Below are positions 48,446 through 60,100 of a stretch of 64,000 bases of DNA, one piece after another. The notes beneath the pieces are model-generated. The model ran no database searches and was not told the DNA's origin. It saw nothing but the letters and a program-made list of their open reading frames with translations. The translations under genes were made by a program, and so were the position numbers. Source of the DNA: Macrostomum hystrix (lineage: Eukaryota > Animalia > Platyhelminthes); the NCBI GenBank assembly GCA_950097015.1, contig CATNEN010000038.1, positions 10,540,001-10,604,000 of the forward strand, written 5' to 3'. Numbering within the stretch: the stretch's first letter is position 1; every line of letters begins with the position of its first letter.

Positions 48446-50149
48446 TTAACGTTAGAAATACAAGAATCCTGTCGGAATTCCCCATAGACATAGTTTAACG
48501 ATGTTCATTAAAACCCTTGCTCAGCGTTGTTCAATGCCATCATAACTGCCAAGCCAAACTGCATGGGTGATCCGTTTTAAAGAACCGTTGCACACATTTA
48601 TAATAACACCAATTATTATATAAACTAAGTAAGTCTGTTAGTTTTCGGAAAAACCTAAAGTAAAATTTATACACCCTCATAAATTATACAATAAATAAAG
48701 TTAACAGTATTGCAATCTATATTTTTATTACAATGTAACAGAATCTTATACCTTTATGACCTTTGAACTTTCACACCTTACACTCCAGGTTAATTATCTC
48801 TACAAGCTAAGTAATTTAATTACACTTCAGTACCTGCCCATATCTTAAATGGACGAACCTGTTGAAAAGAAGTAAAGGCAAAAAGCAATTATTAATTTAC
48901 GATCTCTGACACAAGAGTAACTCTCCAGAAAGTTGCGCGCGCGCGACGCAACGGCTTCGAATTGCGAACTCGGAAAATAAATATATATACTGATAGTACG
49001 TATATATAAACATATAGCATAATCATATATTCAGATATATATGCATTTTCATATAATTCATAAATAACACATGTCAGATGAGAGCAGGGTGAGGAAATTC
49101 TAAATATATAAGCTGAGAATGCCGGCACATTACACACGGAGACAGACGGAGCAACGGAGTAAATGTGAATTAAAAAAAGTACAGAACAACGCGTTGCACT
49201 TTTATTATAACAATAATAATATTTCTAAATCACAACAGGTGCGTGTGTGAGACAGTGTAAGTCAATGACATCAGGTAGATTTTTATCCTTTCATTTCGCA
49301 TGGCTGATTTTTCTTGGAATTAAAAAGAAGGAGAAAAAGAAACTAAAATTTGAAAATATCGGCTGCTTCATTTTTTTAAATTTACTAATGGTAAAGCGAG
49401 GCACACTTATTGATTGGATTGGAGAAATCGATACTGGTAGAACTTCACTTCATCCCTAACAGTAAGTTACTGTTTACAGATAGTCAATCACAGAGGAATT
49501 ACAAGACTCGGTTGCAATTTATTGTACAAGGTACAGGCAGAAGAATTACCAACCGAACGACGCGAAGAGAAATAAAAATTTGAATCAATGAGAAAGGATG
49601 ATAAAATTGCCGAGATTAAAAGCGGATTCATTGTTTCGAAGCAACACACTTTATTGAAGGCTTCGTGCAAGCGTAGAATGTGAATTATATAAATAGTTAT
49701 TGATTTTTCGACTGCGTTCGGCACAATGAGACAATAGATGGGACTGATAGCGAGGGGGCAAGAACAATAAAGAATGCAATTTTTGCTGAATATAATTCCT
49801 TAAGTGAATGGGGGTGAATAGATCCAACAGTAACTGGGGAATAGCCGCATTAAAGCTAGATATACGCGGCCCATTTTTAACTTAAAACAGAATAGGTTTT
49901 CTTTGGGTTAAGTTTGGGCAGAAACTGCTTCTTGGAATAGTTCCGATTCGCTAGATTTCTGTACTGAATTACCGAAGCTACAAATAGCAGGATTACGTTG
50001 GTTAAAGGTGAAAAAGCGAAAGCTCTGCTTAGTGATGAAACATATAAAAAATAGAACATTTATTACTTGCTTCACCTATAAGCCAAGCCAGTAAACATTA
50101 AAATTTGATTCAGTAATAAGTATATATTATAAAGAAAAGGAGAAAGTCA

Positions 50150-50690
50150 AAGGGGCTGTCTGACTACCGTAGATTCAACAAGGACTATAGATCAAAGGAG
50201 CCGCCTGACTACCTTAGATTCAACAAGGACTATAGATCGATAAGGAGCCGCTTGACTACCTTAGATTCAACAAGGACTATAGATCGATAAGGAGCCGCTT
50301 GACTACCTTAGATTCATTAATAATAACAATAATAATAATTGATTACACCTGCCCCAATCGGGTCAGATGTGCAGCCGACAGCACAGCCGCAGCTAATGCG
50401 CGGCGCATCTGAAGGCTGCGTACAGCTGTTCAGTCCATGGACTGGGGGGACGCCACACCCACCTTCAATTATCCCAGCTGATGCTGGTACCCATTTAACA
50501 GCTGGGTGAACTGAAGCAATGCAGAGTTAAGTGTCTTGCTAAAGGACACAAATTGTTCAGGGGAGTCGGGAATCGAACCCCCGACCTTTAAGTCGTGAGT
50601 CCGACGCCCTAACCACTAGGCTACAACCTAGGATTCAACAAGGACTATAGATCAAAGGAGCCACCTGACTACCATAGATTTAATAAGAAC
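50150..50690. repeat. ~44-46-bp minisatellite (gactaccttagattcaacaaggactatagatc...aggagccgc) interrupted by a SINE
   Basis: Units on both sides of the SINE at 50317-50625. Confidence 0.85.
50317..50625 (-). mobile_element. tRNA-derived SINE (~310 bp)
   Basis: On the minus strand: A box GTAGCCTAGTGG, B box GGTTCGATTCC, a conserved-domain-like TGTGTCCTTTAGCAAGACACTTAAC...CACCCAGCTGTTAAATGGGTACC, and a (TTA)n tail. Imperfect TSD accttagattca / acctaggattca. Confidence 0.85.
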
Positions 50691-51121
50691 CTAGCAACCT
50701 CAGATAAATGATTTGTTTCAGGTATTTATAGCTTTATTCTTATCTCGGAGCATAAAAACATTTATTTAATTCGGCAAAAAAAAGAGTTTTTATGCTCAAA
50801 AAGCTATCGTTTTGAACTCAAACAATGGAAACAAGCTTTGACGTCAGAAACTGAACTCTAAGCAACAACGCGGAGAAATTAATCTGCTTCAGAAGACGCA
50901 ACTCCACAAGGCAACAAGCAACTGAACATAGGGAAAAAAGCGAGCAAGGTACATCGGAACAAAGAGCGAGACAGCAACAAACAATAAACGGATATGCGTG
51001 AGAAAACTATATCCTTGCAGTAGCAGTTGCTCATCAGTACTCAAACTTACAACAGATGGAGAGAGAACTTTCAACACCAGGCTGTGTTGGCGCCATGTTG
51101 ACCCCAAAGCGGCTCTCCTGG

Positions 51122-54100
51122 CTAAATTCCCGCCCCCTCTGCTGAGGCCGCCGATGCTCCGGGCGTCGCAGCCGCTGTCGGAGGCGGCGGAGGCAGGGGG
51201 CGCAAATCACGAATCTGCTTGACCAGGTATTGCTTCTCTTCACTAAACTGATTGTCGCACTGCCGATCGGTTTGAAAATTTTGCAAGAATTCCACTAGCC
51301 GATCTTGATTCTGTACTAGAATGTTGTGCACCGCCCTGGGCTTGTTGGGATTGGCTACGAACACCTGGTGTCGGGGATTTGGCCAGTATTCCAATTAGTC
51401 AACAGCTCTGTTAAACAAATTTGAAAATATTAAATCCTCACCTTGAAACAGTGAAAAGCTTCGAAAGCAATTTGTTTCTGACGACTCTTCAAAGCGTTCA
51501 TGATCAGCTTGAGGTTCTCGGCGTTTGTAATGTAGCGAGTCATCACGTTGTAGTTGTAGCGGTCCAGTAGCAACTCGCCAAGCAGCTGCAGCAAAATGAA
51601 TAGAAAAAGAATTACAGACTATGGATACACTGGTGCAGACAGCTACAACTGACGAGCCAGGCGTCTGGGCTCTAACTAGGGCCAACTGCGGCATGCCAGA
51701 CTGCTTGTAAGGTCTATGGCATCTAAGGCTGTATTTGTTATAATTCCGAAACTAGGATCTAAAAACTGGTTTATGACAGCCCACACTGAGGATCTAAAAC
51801 TGGTTCATGACAGCCCACACTGAGGATCTAAAACTGGTTCATGACAGCCCACACTGAGGATCTAAAACTGGTTTATGACAGCCCACACTGAGGATCTAAA
51901 AACTGGTTCATGACAGCCCACACTGAGGATCTAAAAACTGGTTTATGACAGCCCACACTGAGGATCTAAAAACTGGTTCATGACAGCCCACACTGAGGAT
52001 CTAAAAACTGGTTCATGACAGCCCACACTGAGGATCTAAAACTGGTTTATGACAGCCCACACTGAGGATCTAAAAACTGGTTCATGACAGCCCACACTGA
52101 GGATCTAAAAACTGGTTCATGACAGCCCACACTGAGGATCTAAAAACTGGTTTATGACAGCCCACACTGAGGATCTAAAAACTGGTTTATGACAGCCCAC
52201 ACTGAGGATCTAAAACTGGTTTATGACAGCCCACACTGAGGATCTAAAACTGGTTTATGACAGCCCACACTGAGGATCTAAAAACTGGTTTATGACAGCC
52301 CACACTAAGGATCTAAAAACTGGTTTATGACAGCCCACACTGAGGATCTAAAACTGGTTTATGACAGCTCACACTGAGGATCTAAAAACTGGTTTATGAC
52401 AGCCCACACTGAGGATCTAAAACTGGTTCATGACAGGCCACACTGAGGATCTAAAACTGGTTTATGACAGCCCACACTGAGGATCTAAAACTGGTTTATG
52501 ACAGCCCACACTGAGGATCTAAAAACTGGTTTATGACAGCCCACACTGAGGATCTAAAACTGGTTTATGACAGCCCACACTGAGGATCTAAAACTGGTTT
52601 ATGACAGCCCACACTGAGGATCTAAAACTGGTTCATCAAAGCCCACACCGAGGATCTAAAACTGGTTCATGACAGCCCACACTGAGGATCTAAAACTGGT
52701 TCATGACAGCCCACACTGAGGATCTAAAACTGGTTTATGACAGCCCACACTGAGGATCTAAAACTGGTTTATGACAGCCCACACTGAGGATCTAAAAACT
52801 GGTTTATGACAGCCCACACTGAGGATCTAAAACTGGTTCATGACAGCCCACACTGAGGATCTTAAACTGGTTTATGACAGCCCACACTGAGGATCTAAAA
52901 CTGGTTTATGACAGCCCACACTGAGGATCTAAAAACTGGTTTATGACAGCCCACACTGAGGATCTAAAACTGGTTTATGACAGCCCACACTGAGGATCTA
53001 AAACTGGTTCATGACAGCCCACACTGAGGATCTAAAAACTGGTTTATGACAGCCCACACTGAGGATCTAAAAACTGGTTCATGACAGCCCACACTGAGGA
53101 TCTAAAACTAGTTTATGACAGCCCATACTGAGGATCTAAAAACTGGTTTATGACAACCCACACTGAGGATCTAAAACTGGTTCATGACAGCCCACACTGA
53201 GGATCTAAAACTGGTTCATGACAGCCCACACTGAGGATCTAAAAACTGGTTTATGACAGCCCACACTGAGGATCTATAAACTGGTTCATGACAGCCCACA
53301 CTGAGGATCTAAAAACTGGTTTATGACAGCCCACACCGAGGATCTAAAAACTGGTTTATGACAGCCCACACTGAGGATCTAAAACTGGTTTATGACAGCC
53401 CACACTGAGGATCTAAAACTGGTTTATGACAGCCCACACTGAGGAACTAAAAACTGGTTCATGACATTCCATACTGAGGATCTAAAAACTGGTTTATGAC
53501 AGCCCACACTGAGGATCTAAAACTGGTTCATGACAGCCCACACTGAGGATCTAAAACTGGTTTATGACAGCCCACACTGAGGATCTAAAACTGGTTTATG
53601 ACAGCCCACACTGAGGATCTAAAACTGGTTTATGACAGCCCACACTGAGGATCTAAAACTGGTTCATGACAGCCCACACTGAGGATCTAAAAACTGGTTT
53701 ATGACAGCCCACACTGAGGATCTAAAACTGGTTCATGACAGCCCACACTGAGGATCTAAAACTGGTTTATGACAGCCCACACTGAGGATCTAAAACTGGT
53801 TTATGACAGCCCACACTGAGGATCTAAAACTGGTTCATGACAGCCCACACTGAGGATCTAAAAACTGGTTTATGACAGCCCACACTGAGGATCTAAAACT
53901 GGTTCATGACAGCCCACACTGAGGATCTAAAACTAGTTTATGACAGCCCACACTGAGGATCTAAAAACTGGTTTATGACAGCCCACACTGAGGATCTAAA
54001 ACTGGTTCATGACAGCCCACACTGAGGATCTAAAACTGGTTTATGACAGCCCACACTGAGGATCTAAAAACTGGTTTATGACAGCCCACACTGAGGATCT

Positions 54101-57100
54101 AAAACTGGTTCATGACAGCCCACACTGAGGATCTAAAAACTGGTTTATGACAGCCCACACTGAGGATCTAAAACTGGTTCATGACAGCCCACACTGAGGA
54201 TCTAAAACTGGTTTATGACAGCCCACACTGAGGATCTAAAAACTGGTTCATGACAGCCCACACTGAGGATCTAAAAACTGGTTTATGACAGCCCACACCG
54301 AGGATCTAAAAACTGGTTTATGACAGCCCACACTGAGGATCTAAAACTGGTTCATGACAGCCCACACTGAGGATCTAAAACTGGTTTATGACAGCCCACA
54401 CTGAGGATCTAAAACTGGTTTATGACAGCCCACACTGAGGATCTAAAACTGGTTTATGACAGCCCACACTGAGGATCTAAAAACTGGTTTATGACAGCCC
54501 ACACTGAGGATCTAAAACTGGTTTATGACAGCCCACACTGAGGATCTAAAACTGGTTCATCAAAGCCCACACCGAGGATCTAAAACTGGTTCATGACAGC
54601 CCACACTGAGGATCTAAAACTGGTTTATGACAGCCCACACTGAGGATCTAAAACTGGTTTATGACAGCCCACACTGAGGATCTAAAACTGGTTTATGACA
54701 GCCCACACTGAGGATCTAAAAACTGGTTTATGACAGCCCACACTGAGGATCTAAAACTGGTTTATGACAGCCCACACTGAGGATCTAAAACTGGTTCATG
54801 ACAGCCCACACTGAGGATCTAAAAACTGGTTTATGACAGCCCACACTGAGGATCTAAAAACTGGTTCATGACCGCCCACACAGAGGATCTAAAACTAGTT
54901 TATGACAGCCCATACTGAGGATCTAAAAACTGGTTTATGACAACCCACACTGAGGATCTAAAACTGGTTCATGACAGCCCACACTGAGGATCTAAAACTG
55001 GTTTATGACAGCCCACACTGAGGATCTAAAACTGGTTCATGACAGTCCACACTGAGGATCTAAAAACTGGTTTATGACAGCCCACACTGAGGATCTATAA
55101 ACTGGTTCATGACAGCCCACACTGAGGATCTAAAAACTGGTTTATGACAGCCCACACCGAGGATCTAAAAACTGGTTTATGACAGCCCACACTGAGGATC
55201 TAAAACTGGTTTATGACAGCCCACACTGAGGATCTAAAACTGGTTTATGACAGCCCACACTGAGGATCTAAAAACTGGTTCATGACATTCCATACTGAGG
55301 ATCTAAAAACTGGTTTATGACAGCCCACACTGAGGATCTAAAACTGGTTCATGACAGCCCACACTGAGGATCTAAAACTGGTTTATGACAGCCCACACTG
55401 AGGATCTAAAACTGGTTTATGACAGCCCACACTGAGGATCTAAAACTGGTTTATGACAGCCCACACTGAGGATCTAAAACTGGTTCATGACAGCCCACAC
55501 TGAGGATCTAAAAACTGGTTTATGACAGCCCACACTGAGGATCTAAAACTGGTTCATGACAGCCCACACTGAGGATCTAAAACTGGTTCATGACAGCCCA
55601 CACTGAGGATCTAAAACTGGTTCATGACAGCCCACACTGAGGATCTAAAAACTGGTTTATGACAGCCCACACTGAGGATCTAAAACTGGTTCATGACAGC
55701 CCACACTGAGGATCTAAAACTAGTTTATGACAGCCCACACTGAGGATCTAAAAACTGGTTTATGACAGCCCACACTGAGGATCTAAAACTGGTTCATGAC
55801 AGCCCACACTGAGGATCTAAAACTAGTTTATGACAGCCCACACTGAGGATCTAAAAACTGGTTTTTGACAGCCCACACTGAGGATCTAAAACTGGTTCAT
55901 GACAGCCCACACTGAGGATCTAAAAACTGGTTTATGACAGCCCACACTGAGGATCTAAAACTGGTTCATGACAGCCCACACCGAGGATCTAAAAACTGGT
56001 TTATGACAGCCCACACTGAGGATCTAAAACTGGTTTATGACAGCCCACACTGAGGATCTAAAACTGGTTCATCAAAGCCCACACCGAGGATCTAAAAACT
56101 GGTTCATGACAGCCCACACCGAGGATCTAAAAACTGGTTCATCACAGCCCACACTGAGGATCAATAAACTGGTTCATGACAGCCCACACTGAGTGTTTTT
56201 GCAATACTAAGATCTAAAAACATAATGTCCACTGCATTCTGAAATAAACATACGTCAGCTTCATAAGAAAAATCTAAAGATTGTCAGGCTGAAGACGATG
56301 CATATGAGAATATCAAAATGAGAAAACTGAAATGAAAAATACTGGTCATGTGGCCGGCCTAGTAAAAGCCCCAGTCCGTGCCAGAGTCGACAGTGTGGAC
56401 CGGGGCTTCCAGTTAGGCAGGCCTCACCCGGACAGACAGTCTGTCCGCAATGTCCAGTAACCAGACTGTGCTGTGCATTGAATCAGTTGTAAAACAGTCG
56501 GAGTGTATGTTTGCCAGTACAGTGTGGTTCATTCAAATAATTTCTACTTTCTCCGGATGTTGCAACGCTAAATTGAGCATTTTAAGTCAATTTATTTTTT
56601 ATTTTCTTTTTTAAACGTTCAATTTAAGTCCGATGATTCTTTTGCACAGCTATGTGGCCAGCTTGGCAAAAGCCCCAGTCCGAGACAGAGAATTTGGACC
56701 GGGGCTTCCAGTTAGGCAGGCCTCACTTTTCAATATAGGGCCTTAAAAATATATGTAAAGCACTTTTCACCTGTTCAGTTTAGAGCACTGGCTGACGACA
56801 GCGAACACATGGGGCCATTTTGATGCAGTAATTTGGTATAGTTTTATAGATTTGCAGGGGTTGCAGCCTTATGGTTTGAGTGTCAGAGTAGCGCTTAGTT
56901 ACCTTCAGCAAAGTAAAAGTAGCCCCAAGACTACGATTAATCACTGGCCGCCCATTTCATTTTTAGCTAGATTAATTAAAATAGTAGCCATGTGGCATGC
57001 TTGGTAAAAGCCCCCGTCCGAGTCTCATATTGTGTGGGCCAGGGCTTCCAGTTAGGCAGGCCTCACCCGGACAGACAAGTCTGTCCGCAGTGTCAAATAT

Positions 57101-60100
57101 AGGCCTTCATAACCAGACTGTGCTGCTCAAGAGTCAGTTGCAAAACAGTCTGAATTGAGTGTGCGATTGGCCAGCATAGTGTGCGTCATTCAATATGTTA
57201 TTTTACTGTTCCCAGATTTTGCAACACTTCAATTTAAATTAGAGTAAATATATTTACATTTTCTTTCGGAACGTCTACGATAAGTCCGATGATTCTGTTA
57301 TAACAGACATGTGGCCAGCTTGGTAAAAGCCCCAGTCCGAGACAGAGAATGTGGACCGGGGCTTCCAGTTAGGCAGGCCTCACTGTTCAATGTAGGCCCT
57401 TCAAACATAAGTGTGCAAAGCACTGTTCGCCTGTTCAGTATAGAATACTGGCTGACAGCGAACACTTTGGGCCATTTTAATTAACTGGTTTGCAGTAATT
57501 TGGGATAGTTAAAGGATTTGCAGGGGGTAGTAGCATAGTTGTCAGAGTGTTAGACACACGAATTAAAGGTCCGTGGAACGTCTACATTAAGTCCTATGAT
57601 TACACAGCAATGCGGCCTGACTGCAAAGGTACAAGCTAGGACCAAAGAACTGTTTTCGTCAACAAGTTTTTTACAACGCCGAGACATGGACCCTGACTGA
57701 GGCGCTGGAGCGTTAAGTCGATACAGCGCACGCTGGCCTGCTGCGCGCTGCCTTTAGAATCGGCTTTGATCAGCACGTCACCAACGCGGCACTTTATCAC
57801 CGAGCCGGCCTGGCCTGCACGAGCGACCTACACCTACTGCGCCGTCGGCTACTACAGCTGGCAGGCCACCTGATCCACGCCGAGGATTACTGTCCCCAGC
57901 CTGCGCAGGAGGTGCAGCTGCTAACGCTGCAGGCCCCTCTTCGGCGGGGGCAGGCGCGAACTCGGCAGTACGTCGACTGCCTGTTAACCAACGCCGGCGC
58001 CCCGGACACTGCCGGAGGCCTTGCCTACGTGCGCGCCCAGGCCTTGAAACATTCTTTCTGAGGCTTAATTCTAACTCTGGCGTATATTGCTGTTGTTGTT
58101 GCTGTGGCCTGCTTGGTAAAAGCCCCAGTCCGTGCTAGACAAGTGTGGATCGGGGCTTCCAGTTAGGCAGGCTTCACCCGGACAGACAGACAGCCTGTCC
58201 GCAATGTTCAATATTGGCCCTCACAACAAGACTGTTGCACAAACAAATAAGCAGCGAACAGCCCGATCTTAGTGAATGTTGGGCCATACCTTCTTTTTCA
58301 AACTGAGGTTTTTTCTTTTTTCAATGTTACGAGAGTAACTAATACTCATATGAAAATTGTTGTTTTATTTTACGTTAAGATACACCGCCATGTGGCCTGC
58401 TTGGTAAAAGCCCCAGTCCGAGTTTGTGTGGACCGGGGCTTCCAGTTAGGCAGGCCTCACTGTTCAATGTAGGCCCTTCAAACATAAGTGTGCAAAGCAC
58501 TGTTCGCCTGTTCAGTATAGAATACTGAACAGGCGAACATTTGGGGCCAAGAAATCTTTGGTTACTAATTATCCTGATTAATATTTGAACCGCCAGGCAT
58601 TAAATACACTTTAGTCCTTAGAGGACTGATTTAGTTAAAAGGCTTTAGAAAGTTATATATAACTGCTAAAAGTACAGTTTGTATATTTTTTATGAGCGAA
58701 AAGCGTAAGAAACTGCCATTTCGTGTGTATCTGCTCTCGCTGACTGTTAGCTTAACTTAGCAAGATCGAGTTAACAATTAGTTTTATATGAGCCAAACCA
58801 TTTAATAGTGCAACATTAGCGACAAACTTTAGATAGGTCCCGGTTTCAGAATAAATTCCGACAATGACATCGCACGAAAAAATGCGAACACTTAGAAGTC
58901 ATATCTAAATTTAATTTTGACTGTCGATATCGAGATGGTCTTTCCCCGAACTTGCGACTCTATCAAGGTCATCTAATGGACTGTGACTCTATCAAGGTCA
59001 TGTAATGGACTGTGACTCTATCAAAGTCATCTAATGGACTGTGACTCTATCAAGGTCATCTAATGGACTGTGACTCTATCAAGGTCATCTAATGGACTGT
59101 GACTCTATCAAGGTCATCTAATGGACTGTGACTCTATCAAGGTCATCTAATGGACTGTGACTCTATCAAAGTCATCTAATGGTCATCTAATGGACTGTGA
59201 CTCTATCAAGGTCATCTAATGGACTGTGACTCTATCAAGGTCATCTAATGGACTGTGACTCTATCAAAGTCATCTAATGGACTGTGACTCTATCAAAGTC
59301 ATCTAATGGACTGTGACTCTAACAAAGTCATCTAATGGACTGTGACTCTATCAAGGTCATCTAATGGACTGTGACTCTATCAAAGTCATCTAATGGACTG
59401 TGACTCTATCAAGGTCATCTAATGGACTGTGACTCTATCAAGGTCATCTAATGGACTGTGACTCTATCAAAGTCATCTAATGGACTGTGACTCTATCAAG
59501 GTCATCTAATGGACTGTGACTCTATCAAAGTCATCTAATGGACTGTGACTCTATCAAGGTCATCTAATGGACTGTGACTCTATCAAGGTCATCTAATGGA
59601 CTGTGACTCTATCAAAGTCATCTAATGGACTGTGACTCTATCAAGGTCATCTAATGGACTGTGACTCTATCAAGGTCATCTAATGGACTGTGACTCTATC
59701 AAAGTCATCTAATGGACTGTGACTCTATCAAGGTCATCTAATGGACTGTGACTCTATCAAAGTCATCTAATGGACTGTGACTCTATCAAAGTCATCTAAT
59801 GGACTGTGACTCTAACAAAGTCATCTAATGGACTGTGACTCTATCAAGGTCATCTAATGGACTGTGACTCTATCAAAGTCATCTAATGGACTGTGACTCT
59901 ATCAAAGTCATCTAATGGACTGTGACTCTATCAAGGTCATCTAATGGTTTGTGAATTTACCAAGGTCATATTCTAAAAGAGTGTAGCATAGTGTCATGCA
60001 ATTGACTTAGGCACTGTCATTCAGGGGTTTATTTAGTGGACTGTGGACACTATTTAGATCGTTCAGTGGAATTTCAACACTGAACCTAGACTATTGAGTA

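Larger units (their letters stand above)
39790..48930. repeat. Segmental duplication, copy 2 (9,141 bp)
   Basis: Starts at tcttgggctctggg (39790) and ends at ...ctctccagaa (48930). No differences from copy 1 noticed by eye. Confidence 0.97.

Noticed and set aside
56346-58550. Alternative identities for the structured array: twister/HDV/pistol ribozyme, SL RNA, U5 snRNA, U17/snR30
   Set aside because: Catalytic cores and Sm site not found. GCUUUUAC resembles U5 loop 1 but is not in a terminal loop. The snR30 m1/m2 motifs (AUAUUCCUA, AAACCAU) are absent.
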